Shown: piece after piece, positions 37,544-51,814 of the stretch
Layout of the letters: every line of letters starts with the position of its first letter
How positions within the stretch are numbered: position 1 is the first letter of the stretch
Origin: Octopus vulgaris
Taxonomy: Eukaryota
Reading direction: 5' to 3'
NCBI GenBank assembly: GCA_951406725.2
Contig: OX597827.1
Location: forward strand, 47,492,001 to 47,556,000
Length of the DNA stretch: 64,000 bases
Notes under the pieces: model-generated
Seen by the model: the letters and a program-made list of their open reading frames with translations, nothing else
Told to the model about the DNA's origin: nothing
Databases searched by the model: none
Position numbers and translations under genes: made by a program

Positions 37544-39726
37544 ACATATCTATCTCTATATATATCTTTACACACACATATAATATGCTTCCATTCAGTT
37601 TACGTCTACCAAATTTTCTCTCGAGGCATTCATCCTAAATAGTAATATCCTAAAATAGCTGTCGCACAGTATCAAAATAAAGTCAGTGTTATAAATTGAA
37701 ACACCTCCTGTAAAATTGCTGGCTTTGTGCTGAAATTCGAAACCCTTTTGCTTGTGGAATACAAGTTATTGTAGAAATACTTTTGAGTGTCATTGTTTCG
37801 ATGCGTTGCTATTTTTACTGATTCACTTTGGTGGTTGTTGTATTAATTTTCTGCATTTTTTCTTAGGTCATTTCATTCGTTATTTTCTTTATGGTCTAAG
37901 CTTTATTCTAATAATGTAGCTTATCACTGTCATTCTGCCTTCTTGTAAACTTTCCGGAAGCCTCTAGCTAAATGATTCGCAAATATCTAATTCTGTCCTT
38001 TAGAAAAATTTCTTTTAGATTATTTTTATTATCATCTGATTTCTTCTCAGCGTTTCATCGTATTCTTTTCGATGTTTAGAATATTTAGTTTAAGAATATC
38101 ATTTTTCTTTGTACTTCATAATTTTGCGCCATTGTTTCGAATATTACTTGTTTGTTTGTTTTAAATTCTATCTTAAATAACTTTTCTGTTCTCTCTTTTG
38201 TCTGTTTTATTGCTTTCTAATTATTCCAGTATTCTCTTCATGTTTTTCTTTGACGATAGTTTTGCTTTTATTTACCTTTTTTTTGTTTGCTGGGCATGAT
38301 TCGCTGTTGTTGAAGTAGAATTTCGTATTGTTACAGTTACCTTATTTTTATGTTATTTCTGTTGTTCAAGTAATTGTACACGTTGAAGAACCCAGGTGCA
38401 GAAATAGCTAATAAGGAAACTAAAGAACAAAACAAGATCATGATGTTAATCTCAATCACCAAAAAATATAATTTATTCTAAAAAGTAGAAAATACTCAAC
38501 CAAGTTTGTGGCTGACACGCTAGGTAACGTATTAGACAACCAGCCTAGGTTCATATTCTGTCATCGGTACACGATATCGTAAAATGGTTATCATATGCTG
38601 TCACATGTAAATGGATGATGCAGGTGTTACGACAGTTGTAAAATTATAAGATATAAAATTAATGAAAACTACGTTGACCAGAATATATCTCTTAATTGAA
38701 ATCGATCTCAGATCAAATCTTACAATCTTAAACTACAGGACGGCACATTTCATGTTGTATAAATAATTGTATAGGGAGGTTACAGTCGGAATTCCTTCGA
38801 TCTTAAGATTACAAGATAAAGACCAACGAGATATTGATATTAACGCCACAGTCTATAATAAGAAACCCCCTTAGCAATCCTCAACGTGTCGGAAATAACA
38901 GTCAAAACTTACTTAAGCCTCTTAAAAATTGTTAGCCAAGTAAACTTAATCTGCAAACTAGTAGCGATTTTTTTTCGAATAGAAAGTTTTGTCTCTCTTA
39001 TCTAGCAAATACTATAAAAAACAGATTCAGGGCAAAAAATTATTGAAAAAAATATTAAAAGGTAATCAAAATTGATATCTAGAATATATACAGTGAAAAT
39101 TAGGGATCTGGAAAAGGTCAATGTGAGCAACGGGTGAATTGGATTCATAATAAAAATCAATTATTCAGGATAATATATTGAAAGTTTGTTACATTTGATG
39201 GTATATCGTTCTCGTTGCAATCAGCGAACGATATACGATTGCTTCTTGAGTATATACAATGTCTTTAAATAAAGGAGATAAACGAAATATAATTCTATAT
39301 TCTATTGATTGGTTTATTCTCTACCACCATTCTGAGAGTAGGAATAGATTTTTTTATATATGAACCAAAGATAGATTACTTTACACGTCGAACGAATTCA
39401 TGGATATAACCTTAAATTTTTCTGCATATAGTATCTTACAACCTGATAAGAGAATATTACATAAGACTACGTGGTCTTCTAATTTATTGAACCTATGATA
39501 TAGTCTGGCGGTTGTAATCAGAGCGAATTATTCCGATTTAATGACAAAACAAAAGAAACTTCTCTACGGAAGGACACATGAAAGAAGGAAAGGTCACTTG
39601 GTTTCAAAGTTCTAGTTGACACGTATTTTAATGTGTGAATGACCTGCCATATGTAGATGTCTCATTTCGGATACACACTCTCTTTTTATTTTCATCTTTC
39701 TCTCTGTCTCTCTCTCTCTCTTCCTT

Positions 39727-39769
<43 letters not shown>

Positions 39770-39943
39770 ACAAAAAAGTCGTCAGCATTTTATAGAAAAA
39801 TATTTTATTACTCTTTCCTTTTCTTTTTCTCTCTTTCCCTGTTCCTTTTTTCCTTTCTTCTTTCCTTCTTTCCCTTTTCCTCCTTTTTTTCTTTGTTGAG
39901 AATTTCAATTCTTTATTGCAAATGTCGCTCATCTTTACAAATG

Positions 39944-39984
<41 letters not shown>

Positions 39985-40019
39985 ATGTGTAGCATTGGGA
40001 TGTTCTAGCTTTACCTACA

Positions 40020-40076
<57 letters not shown>

Positions 40077-40111
40077 ATATGTATATATATGTATATATGT
40101 ATATATATGTA

Positions 40112-40166
<55 letters not shown>

Positions 40167-40234
40167 ATATGTATATATATGTATATATGTATATATATGT
40201 AAATGTATGTATATATATATGTATATACATATAG

Positions 40235-40275
<41 letters not shown>

Positions 40276-40865
40276 CGTATATATACAGAGAACATCATGA
40301 GAATATTTTTGTTTGCTTATATTTTATTATGTGTGGCTATAACATTATGTCAGTTTCAGTGACTCTTTGCACGCTACCTGAGAAAATAGTCTTGCGTCAT
40401 AACATTGCGAGCAACTTTTAATAAACTACATCTGAGCCGAAGTCCGTCGAATTCACAGCACCTCATCTTCTCTTGTACAGTTCGTGAGTGTCACGATGTA
40501 ACAGAACCGTCAGTGGAAAGTATTTGAATCAAGTATTTCGGTATGGAAACAATTGTATCATATGGAGCGGCACAATGAGACTGAAGCAGCCAATGTATTG
40601 AGGTTTAGCTTCCTGATTTGCATAGCAGTCTTCCAGCTTCACAAAACATCGGTTTGAAATTTTGTCATAAGGCGAGTATTTCTGAGGAGTGCAAACTGAT
40701 TACATCGAACCCAATCCTGAACTGATAGACAGCAAAAGCATGAAAAGCATAAGTCGGCTTTGGTGAAATTTGAACTAATGCCCGACCAAATACCGCTAAG
40801 CTTTTTGCCCGATGTGCTAACAGTTCAGCCATGTCGCCTCCTTACGAAATACCAGGGCTGTCAGA

Positions 40866-40991
40866 AGCTTACTTACCAACCACATGGTTCTGGGTTCAGT
40901 CCCACTGCGCGGCACATTGGGCAAGTGTTTTCTACTATAGACCAAATCCTTGCAAGTGGACTTGGTAGACGGAAACTGAAAGAAGCCCGGC

Positions 40992-41041
<50 letters not shown>

Positions 41042-41268
41042 ATGTGTGTGTGTATGTTTGTGTGGCTATGTTTGTACCCTCAGCATCGCTTGACAACCGA
41101 TGCTGGTGTGTTTACGTCCCCGTCACTTAGCGGTTCGGCAAAAGAGACCGATAGAATAAGTACTAGGTTTACAAAGAATAAGTCCTGGGGTCGATTTGCG
41201 CAACTAAAGACGATGCTCCAGCATGGCCGCAGTCAAATGACTGAAACAAGTAAAAGAGTGAAGAGTAA
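40866..41268 (+). mobile_element. SINE family A, 5'-truncated
   Basis: Colinear with 7048-7427. Confidence 0.9.
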
Positions 41269-41335
41269 ATGACATAGGTTTCAGCATGTATTTGTTGTAG
41301 TAAGGTGAGCGAAATGACAAAGCATATATTTTAAG

Positions 41336-41841
41336 GCAAAGTACACATGAAAACCCACAGACATGAACTAGCTAAGCAGGCACTGCAGCAGAATAAGACG
41401 CTTCAACCCCACAAAGTAGAAAACCATGCGATTGAAAATGCCGAACCTGAGGACAAGACTGATAATACATTAGTGACAAGTCAACCAGATGACAGTTCTA
41501 TAACTGTTACACAACCAGCAACATTGACCACTGCTGCGACACTTCAGAATGGAACTGTCAGCTCTAGCCTTAGAGATATTAACCAAAACGATCTGACTGC
41601 AACTAATGCAACTGTTTTGTCTCAAACAACTATTTCAGAAGCCTTATTAGAACAGGTATTTAACGTGCAACAGAATCTATTAGGAAACCAGCAAAATTTA
41701 TCTTTTAACCAAAGATCAATTACGTTACCCAGCTCGCAACAGTTAACAAATGTAATAGACGTAAGTCCTTTAAACACATCCTTTGCACCTACTTTGCCGA
41801 CCACTTCTCTAAAAAGCATACTCTACAAACCCACAGTATGA
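41336..41841 (+). CDS. Orphan coding-like segment: possible terminal exon or pseudogene fragment of a C2H2 zinc-finger-type protein (ZnF end plus T/S/Q/N-rich disordered tail)
   Basis: Only long ORF (164 aa from ATG 41347) not derived from a microsatellite or TE; begins KVHMKTH, like a C2H2 finger end (HxxxH); candidate acceptor tattttaag| at 41335; no partner exon recognised. Confidence 0.5.
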
Positions 41842-42408
41842 TGCCTTCCGCTCTCCAAAATATCCCTTGTAATTTATCGATGGTCTAAATTAGATTTCTG
41901 ATCGGAAAACAATAGTCCGCTTCTCAAAGAGAGCAAAGTAAAATCTTCTGCAAAATGTACTGTAGTTCAATCTAGCCCAAAGACAATCAGGAATTTCGTT
42001 CAACTTATCGCCGTGGGATACGAGTGGGAGAAAAACGAAAAAAAGATAAAAGTAAAAATTGGATAATTTCCAAAACATGTTAGGAATGTACTGAAACAAA
42101 TTCCTTTTGTGAAGAAAAATGCACTTTTATCATTATTCAGTAACTGAACAAGTGTATGTGCTTATTCGAGGCGACAAGAGATCAAGCAAGTTTAGACACA
42201 TGAATAGAGAATTGGTGGTAAGTTTCCTATTTTAGCTGTAATAACAACTGTCAGCTCAAAGACATTTATATCTGAACAGCTAAAGTGCAGTCGTTTATAA
42301 TCATAAATCTTCAGATATCAGTTTAATACTCTGTAGATTAGCAAATTTCTACCTTATGTGAAATTTTTATGTCTGAATGAACTTATGTATCTGTGTCGCT
42401 TTATGTCT

Positions 42409-42447
<39 letters not shown>

Positions 42448-42450
42448 TTT

Positions 42451-42483
<33 letters not shown>

Positions 42484-43343
42484 ATTCTACACCGCTTTCC
42501 TGTCCATACCACTCTCTTTTTCTGAGTCTGTCTATTTATATGTATGCATAAGTGTCTGTGTAAATGCGTATATGTGTGTGTGTATGCATGTGTGTATGCA
42601 TGCATGAATGTATGTATGTATGTATGTATGTATATAAGTATATATACATATATATATATATACACATATGAACATTTTTATTTATAAATGATGGTGCATA
42701 CGGCAAACTTTCACACAATTTCAGTCTAACAATCTCCTTCCCAATGCACTGGTTGGCTAGGAGCCACATAAAAGGAGGACATTTGGCAACGTTGCATCGC
42801 AATGGGATTGAACCCATATCATCACACAACCACATGATACACAGACGATGGCCTATCTAATTGCTACCTTTAAACATACTTAAGCCAATTTGGGTTGCTC
42901 TCAATATAATTAATTCCCTCGTGTAAATAGGCTCATTTTATTCAGCGTTCATAGAAACCTACTCTCATTTAAACCTCTTCATAGTTTCCTATCAAAAATT
43001 TAATCTATTTTCTCATTCTTCTTTCGCACACACTCTCTCTTATTAATTCATTCATTTATTCTTTCTTTCTTTTTTTTTTTACTTATCTCTTTATCCCCCT
43101 CTTCGTGTTCAGCAAGTCGAGACTAATATTATGTATGCAATATTTTCCCGAATATGTAATAAATTCCTCATTTCAAATTGATAACTCTAAAGATATATGT
43201 ACCGAAACAGTATTCCTGAATACTTACATCTTCATCCATTCTGTTATTCTTGTATTCTAATACTTTTTCCAGCCATTGGAATGCTGCCATTGGGAAAATC
43301 TTGAATGGTTCAGTTGAACAAATCGCCACCGGTACCATATATA

Positions 43344-43573
43344 GGCGGCAAGCTGGCAGAAACGTTAGTACACCGAGTGAAATGCGTAGCCGTATTTCGT
43401 CTGCCGTTACGTTCTGAGTTCAAATTCCGCCGAGGTCGACTTTGGCTTTCATCCTTTCGGGGTCGATTATATAAGTACCAGGTACGCACTGGGGTCGATG
43501 TAATCGACTTAATCCGTGTGTCTGTCCTTGTTTGTCCCCTCTGTGTTTAGCCCCTTGTGGGTAGTAAAGAAAT
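43344..43573 (+). mobile_element. SINE family B, full length
   Basis: ggcggcaagctggcagaaacg...gtagtaaagaaata; imperfect TSD ggtac(c/t)atata. Confidence 0.93.
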
Positions 43574-43749
43574 AGGTACTATATATTTTTGAAGTTTTGT
43601 ACTTATTGTGTCATTCCCATTTACAATTCGTGATGTGACATGTTGTACACAAACGCACATAGTTTGTGAAGCAGTGAAGAAACAGACACAAAAACAGGTA
43701 CACAGGTACACACAGATACACACCCCATATATATATATATATATATACC

Positions 43750-43940
43750 AGAGTAAGCAAATAAATGTGAAACAAGGTGGACAAATCAGTACTCGAATAC
43801 AGGAGGTAGAGAAATGTGCTTTATTAATAAAGCTGCAAATACATCACAAAAACTGTTACTCAACCAAAACTGTCTGACGAACGGGAACGCGAAACTCTGA
43901 GAAACAGCTTTTGTGATGTCTTTGCAGTTTTAAGAAAATG
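43750..43940. mobile_element. Fold-back short repeat carrying a hammerhead motif (43869-43908)
   Basis: cugu-CUGACGA-acg(ggaa)cgc-GAAA-cucugag-AA-acag; the inverted arm at about 43824-43862 preserves the intact gag-UA-acagu version of the cleavage site. Confidence 0.75.
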
Positions 43941-44061
43941 TATATACAGTAAGAGGAGGGATATACTATCCAGCAGATACCGAATAACTCTATGTAAAAT
44001 GCTAAGGCTGCTTCCTTCATGTATTTATGATAAGTGCAATATATTTATATATAAACATCTA

Positions 44062-44103
<42 letters not shown>

Positions 44104-46047
44104 TTGATATATATTTATAATAAGTATATAAAAAGTATAACCGCACTGGAAACGAACATCTCTAAATTAATGAATGGAGAAATGGAATAAATGGAATTAA
44201 AAATAATATTCACGTGGCAAAACGAACACCACTCAAAAATTATGAATGAAACAATGTAATAAAACAACCAACATCGAAAATAGACAAATTACCACGAATA
44301 CCCTAAAAAAAACCATGATAAACCAAAACTCTCAAAAACATATAACGATAAAATCTCCCTTTGCTAAACTCTATAACAAACCTATATAGCAATCCCCCTA
44401 ACCTAAACATTCACACACAAATACACACACGTAAACCACAGACCCACGACTTATACACATACCTATATATGGTTATATATATATATATATATACATGCAC
44501 ATAAAGTGACAAACGAAAGAAAGAGACCAAACTTTTAGTAGTAGTCCTCCAGTACATTCACAGAGCCACCTGCGAGGATGAATTCCGCCATGCGAACGGA
44601 CTATGCGGTCCTACTGGACACGGCTTCATAGTCTCCCTTGCAGCTGTCCATGTCACGTCTTACAGCATTTACAGTGTTCGCAGAACATTGAGCAGTTGTT
44701 GTGATATCTGCATTTTAAATCTGGGTGTGAAACATCATGATACAGGTAATTCTTTTCCAGTATTCAGATGGCTTCCAGTTCTCCATGTCAACTACAATTT
44801 GATCATTATTCTCTCCAACGCCGTTGACTGTTCACAAATACATCAATCTATCACTGAAAAAGGAGACAAATAACCATCAGATATAGTTCGAATGCTGAAT
44901 TTTTTTAACTCATACATTCACACACATTTGTTTCCCTTTAATCTTAAGTAATACATGACATTTTATGTTCCAAACACCACCATCAATATCATCAGCTCCA
45001 AAAGTTGAAGATTGTGTATGCTCAGTCGCTAAACGTCTCACAAATCAGGATAAACTTTGAGGTGATGAGCGCAGATCCCCCGGAACGAGCCTATAATCTC
45101 ACCAACGAACCAGCTATTAGATGTAATCCAAATGGTACATGGGTGAATACGTGTTAGCCATAAATGGGTTGCATAAATTAGGTGAGCATCCAAAGTCGTA
45201 ATAGCGTCGGAAGTCATTCCATCATTAGTTTCGAGATCATACCTTTTCAGTTAAAATCTCACCTAGGTCAGCTTTGCCAGTTATCCACATGAGGTTGATG
45301 AAATAAAGTATGATCCAAGTATAGCTGTTGATGTAATTGAGCAATCCCCTCTCGTTAAAATTACTTGCCTTGTGCCTGAAAGAATAACAATTGATTTGGC
45401 GAGTTTTCAGGACCGTTAGATCATGGAGGAAATGACATGCAGCATTTCTTTTGACACTTTTCAATCTCTGATCGAAAGAAGTAGAGATAGTGTTCTCTTC
45501 TATCTTCGTTTTATTGTTGAAGCAATAAATTATAGAATTAGTGTTTTAATGGTGACGGTTTAATCGAATAAACCTTTCTCCTGAAAATCGCTGGGCTTGC
45601 GCTTATATCAGAAACTGTTAACGAAATTTGGAGCCACCTTTAAGCTTTAAGCTGAAATCACATAATGTTTTCGTTGTCGTTCCGCTATGTGGCTAATTCA
45701 TTTAGTGTTGTGCAATGAGGTTGTTTACGGTCATATACCGTGAAGCGCAGAAAGAAATTTGGCATTTCGAGCCTTACCTTTCATTTGCTCATGCGAGAAC
45801 ACCATTTAGTTTTTTCTGAGTTTTACTGAATATTACTGAATATGGTTGTATAACTTCATAGATATTGGAGTGAAAAAATATATGCTTATTAGGGTTAGCC
45901 CTTAATTTGATCGGACGAGGAAAGAAGTTAACAACCGAAAACATATAATTTTACCGGGTTTGTTAGATGAAAAACAACTCAGAGAATAAAGGATTCTTCT
46001 CCAACAATCGACAGAGAAATGCCTCAAAAAGGTAGTGAAAGGTTTGC

Positions 46048-46084
46048 TGACCCGGGCCAGCACACGTGTCAACGGGCTTGTAGT
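46048..46084 (+). mobile_element. Possible degraded Helitron-like 3' hairpin
   Basis: tgacccgggccagcacacgtgtca imperfect GC-rich hairpin followed by ..gtagt. Confidence 0.28.
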
Positions 46085-46522
46085 TTGTTTCTTTTAATAA
46101 AAGATGTACATGGGAAAGAATAGGAAAAGTATGTGTTTTGGCATGAATACATCACTGTATGCACTCAAGAAAATCATCTTGGAATCGTGCCAATATGAGA
46201 AATCATAATAATTAAATCTTACTAAAACGCTTCAAAAATGGAAGAGACAGAATATATTGAATCGCTTTCAGAATACGTGACTAAAGCAAACAAAAAGCTG
46301 AATGATCTAAAATGGGAGATGAGGAAAAAAAAATATATAAGAAAGTAAAGTACTAAAATGAAAAGAAATAAAACGTGAAGGTCATGGAATCAGATAGCTG
46401 CAATTACCATAAATGTCACCAGTGAGAATATTAATTATATATCATATGTAGATTTATTATATTTATCACACAAATACCCATATATGTACATATATACATA
46501 TATAAAGAGAGACAGATATACA

Positions 46523-46616
<94 letters not shown>

Positions 46617-46707
46617 AATTCACATACATATGTATATATCGGTATATATATGCATATACATATATAGATAAACATATAGATATGTATATATTCAAGTATC
46701 CATGTAC

Positions 46708-46773
<66 letters not shown>

Positions 46774-46916
46774 GTGTGCGTGTGTGTGTGTATGTATATA
46801 TACGAATATGCATACATATTAAATATATAATCATATACATTTATTTACATACATGTATACACTTAGAAGACGTGAACACACAAACACTTATAATTGGTAT
46901 TTGCGTGTGTATGCGC

Positions 46917-46954
<38 letters not shown>

Positions 46955-47640
46955 CATATATATATATATATATGCATATATATGTATGTGCATGTGTTTT
47001 GTGCACCAATGAATCTATTGCGATAACAGCGTAACAACGTTTGGATGACGAACATTCTGTGATGCATTATATGTATATACATACACTCACACGCACATAT
47101 GTACACACACATAACTACACATATACTCAAGTACACAAACATGAATACACATATACACACTCACACACAGACGTATGCATACACATTAGGACTTTTGAAA
47201 AACAAAATTAAATATAACAGAAAATTTTCTCTCAATCCCTGTGTGTCACAGAACGTCTTCAGTTTCCAGTTTGATTAATATATAACATAAAGAGAAGCAA
47301 TTCACTCATTAATCTTTCTTTTTAATGCATTATTTTGTTATTTGCTTCTGTCTAAAATTTTTAGTTTAATAATTCAAATTCATTTATTATTTATTTATTT
47401 ATTTATTTATTTATTCATTCATATATTTCTTTGGTTATTCTCTTCGAAATAATTACTGACGTAGCAACAGTGAAAATTGGCGGAACAACGACTAAATGAT
47501 TACATAGAAGTTTTACATCGTTGGAAAGGAAATACCTTACTGTAGATGTAGATATGGGTGTGGGATGTTGTCATCGACCATATGTCCATCTTCTTCATCG
47601 TCGTCATTAGATTCTATAGTTGCTCGTATGTTTGTTATCT

Positions 47641-47990
47641 TATTTATTTCTTTACTGCCTACAAGGGGCTAAACACAGAGGGGGCAAACAAGGACAGACA
47701 CACGGATTAAGTCGATTACATCGACTCCAGTGCGCAACTGGTACTTAGTTTATCGACCCCGAAAGGATGAAAGGCAAAGTCGACCTCGGCGGAATTTGAA
47801 CTCAGGACGTAACGGCAGACGAAATACCGCTAGACATTTCGCCCGGCGTGCTAACATTTCTGCCAGCAATACCGCTAGACATTTCGTCCGGCGTGCTAAC
47901 GTTTCTGCCAGCAATACCGCTAGACATTTCGCCCGGCGTGCTAACATTTCTGCCTGCTCGCCGCCTTAGTTATGCCAGCTCCTCGCTGCC
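47641..47990 (-). mobile_element. SINE family B with its 45-bp head segment triplicated; 11-bp TSD
   Basis: aataccgctagacatttcg.ccggcgtgctaac.tttctgcc.gc x3 at 47823-47957; TSD gtttgttatct at 47630-47640 and 47991-48001. Confidence 0.9.
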
Positions 47991-48108
47991 GTTTGTTATC
48001 TCATTGTCGCTGCTATGCAATTCGTAATCGCAAAGGAGAAATGGACTATTTGTACTGATCAAACATGGCGTAACTTAACAACGACAAATATAAATGAGGA
48101 AACAATAT

Positions 48109-48287
48109 TCTCTTTTACTCTTCTACTATTTTAGTCGAGCAAATCGACCCCACTACGTATTCTTCTGTAAGCCTAGTGCTTATTCTACCGGTCACTTTTG
48201 CCGAACCGCTAAGTTACGGGGCCGTAAACACACCAGGATCAGTTGTCAAGCGATGTTGGAGGGACAAACACAGACATACAAACGTAA

Positions 48288-48386
<99 letters not shown>

Positions 48387-48548
48387 CGACGGGCTTCTTT
48401 CAGTTTCCGTCTACCAAATCCACACAACACTGTGGTCGGCCCGAGGCTATTGTAGAAGAGACTTTCCCAAGGTGCCACGCAGTGGAACTGAACCCGGAAC
48501 TATGTGGTTGGTAAGCAAGCTACTTACCACGCAGCCACTCCTGCGCCC
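48109..48548 (-). mobile_element. SINE family A, near full length
   Basis: Reverse complement of the family-A head and tail. Confidence 0.9.
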
Positions 48549-48649
48549 ATATCTACGTATTAAACACGTATATGTCATATATTTCACTTCAACGGAAGAG
48601 GAACAAAATCCCGATACCTTCTAGTAGCTTTTTTCATTCAACCGGTTGC

Positions 48650-49040
48650 AGGTCATACCGCAGTGGTATGATAAACATATTGAAACTTTAAAAAAATATA
48701 TGAAAACAGATTTAATAGTTTTTATGTTCTTACATAGCCACAAGTTGGTCTTTCATGTTATAATTGCTTCAGATCGAATAATCAATACGGATTTCAAACC
48801 AAACCATTTCTGCCGCAAATACGTTGTTATCGCAGTAAGATGGGCTGTCCACGTTACTAGGATGATGATGAAAGATTTCTGAAAATTCCCACTCAAGGCC
48901 AACTTCAAGAAGGAGTATGAAATGTAGGAAGACCTCTTCCTTGTTACATGGATAAGCTGAAGTATAAAATCAAACGTATTTGTTTGAACATAACAGGGTT
49001 TAAAGAATACGCTGCTGATAAATCTCTCAAAATGGTATCA
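48650..49040 (+). pseudogene. RTE-clade LINE ORF 3' remnant
   Basis: VRWAVHVTRM / DDERFLKIPTQGQLQEGV*NVGRPLPCYMDKLK...EYAADK matches the RTE C-terminal pattern LRWxGHVxRMxxxRxPKxxxxGxLxxGxRxxGRPxxRYxDxLK. Confidence 0.75.
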
Positions 49041-50894
49041 GAAATCATGTCAACACAAGAATAGATCATCAAGATGTTCCAGGGCAAGATCAAAAGAAAG
49101 AATTTTACTTTCAACTTTTGGTATGCCGAGGGTGCGGTGAGGTTACAAGAACGAAGAAAATCTAGTGTCTCACAGAATACAGAAGCAGTAAAATGTAGTA
49201 GATTAAGAAAAAAATAAACTAAAGCCATTGGCCCTAATGCGCCGAATGCGACGAGATATTCCACCTGATATATATATATGAAGATAACGTCTTCCTACTA
49301 TAACATGGATGGTTTATTAAGAACTACGTTATTATATTTTAACCACAGGAAAACGTCTTTTCCAACTGGTCAATGAGACACAATCTGTGTCCGATATATT
49401 GTGAGTAAGGGAGCGAATCAGTCCCCTCCATCTTGGCAAGTCCTGTAGATCATGGTTTTTCAGTCTTTACTCTTCATCGCTAATAGACATCTGCGTGCTA
49501 GAAATGGCAGTTAATATTCCTAAGGCACACAGCCGCTGATCCCGTAATGAGCATATTAATTATACTATACACTATACCGTATTCTTCAGACAATGACCGC
49601 CATTCAATTCATGCCAAACTTAACATGACAAAAAGAACTGCAAATGAACATCTTGTCAGGTCTTTGTCAACGTTTGCAATCTATAACGGAAAACAAAGCT
49701 TCGAGAAATTCTGTGTCCAGGAACTATAACAAAAAGAAAAAGAAAACAAATAAATGAATCGGATCTGAAGAAGATACTTTTCCACATTCTACCCCCAAAT
49801 AGTGAATCCTACCATGTCATACTCGAAAACATAACGTCACTGAAAAAGACCTCCAGCCTAAACCAGATCGTGCAAGGATATCATAAAGAGTAAAAAACGA
49901 TCCAAATCGATGAAAAATATAATCGGGAAATCAAGGAGCTGAAGCATTTCCATTAACAGAAGCTCCCCACCATCTTCAGTGTCAAATAGACGGCCTACCT
50001 AACGAGCAATGTCATCGAAGAAAAACAACAATAGTCGAAGCATGGAATTAAACTAAGTGAAATGCCAGCTACAATGCTTAGAATATGACATGCAGTTGGT
50101 ATTAAAAAAAAATAAACAAAGATTTCTTAGGCAAATATTGTTCAGTAAATTCTCCATTCGAAAAGACCCCAAATATAATCTTGTCGTAATGATGGATGTA
50201 TAGTTGTCTATAAATATCCATTCAAATATTCGGAGTACTTGCTAATAAGATGGTACGTTCGTCACATAATCCGGTTAAAGAAGTACCTGACAGCGTCGTT
50301 GTTGCCTTTTGCGGAATTCCATCTGCTGCGCGTATTCGTGCCAATCTGCAAGCTTTCAATACTGTCAACTTTTAAACTTCTCCATGATGTATAAGCCATA
50401 TACTCCCACGCCCATACACACACATTCATATACACACACATACACAAATACTTAAAGTAGAGGAGAAACAATAATTTATGTGCCATTCAAATATTCTCAG
50501 AAAGCTGAAAAATCTCTGAAAAATCAACAAAATATTTCTATATATAAATCTGAACAAGATTCAACATCTTTACATGATGTTCCGTCATGCTATAACGAAA
50601 GTCCGCTCGAGACACAAGTGTATTATTTGCCGTTCAATGGATGCTTTTATTAACTTATAATTTCTCTCGCGTGAATGACAACCGGAATTTTAACAGGAAA
50701 CAACATGACGTGTTTTATGTAGGAATTACCTGCTGCGCTAACATAAACTAACATCAAACTTCGTTAATAACGCGTTACGTCGTATTCGACAAAATGTCTT
50801 TAGCGCCGACATTTTGATGAGTTGATGTTGTGTTATGCAAAAATTACTATTCCTCAAAGCTTCCTCTATTTTCATACAGAAATGTGCATGCGAG

Positions 50895-50952
<58 letters not shown>

Positions 50953-51814
50953 TTCATATACATGCGTATGTACAAAGTACCACACACATCTAAAAACACA
51001 CACATTATGCGTACATAAACAGATACATATCTCTGTGTCGCTTTCTCTCTCTCTCTCTCTCCGTCTCTATTTATCTCTCTATTTCTGTGTATGTATATCG
51101 TAGTCTGTCTTTCTGCTTCTCTCAATCCCTGTCTTTTCTCCACATTGCGTGGGTGTGTGTATATATCTATGTGTATGTAAGCTTGTATATAAGTAAATCT
51201 TTGCGTGTATGGGTGCGTTTTGTTGCTCTGAATATCGAAAATTATCATAAGGTATTCAGCAACCAATTTTCTTTATCATACCACAAAAATATTAGATCGG
51301 CCGCAATATTTCGCATTCAGCAAGCATGCACAACAAAATTCTCTATTAAATATATTTATGTTAGTTTTTTTTTTTTTTTTTTTTTACCATAGAACCCAGT
51401 TTCTTGTAGGATATTATATATTAACAATGATAATATCAAATTATTGTTTTCCATTCTGTCAGATTCGTATCTCGATGCGTTTTATAGAATAAGGCATCAC
51501 TGTGTTTAGGAGAGAATAACGCGCAATTACTGTTGTCTTCTTAATCGAAACTAGCTGACGAACGACGTTTTGTTTGAATAAACACGACTTCTTCCACTGT
51601 GTCATCGATATTTTTCATATTTGTTTTATATAGCATCTTATTGTATGTACGTATCTGTTCGTTTCTTGTCTAATCAGACTCTCTGTCGTCTCAACATTGA
51701 ATATTCTACATTATTGGTGAATATATATCAAACGATTTGTTGTTTTGTGTTTAGAATAGATCATTCGGGATGAATTTCGTTCGACACGTTCTTATCTATA
51801 CGTACAGATGTACT

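Noticed and set aside
37790-38330. T-rich stretch that might be a decayed minus-strand LINE ORF
   Set aside because: No diagnostic motif could be read with confidence
40760-41272. 170-aa ORF and similar recurring peptides (RKLKEARR, FKFRRGRLCLSSFRGR, KVPRSGTEPG)
   Set aside because: They recur because they are read through SINE copies; this is not a protein family
47823-47957. Three 45-bp direct repeats resembling a CRISPR array
   Set aside because: No spacers, no cas genes, eukaryotic context; the repeats are a SINE head segment
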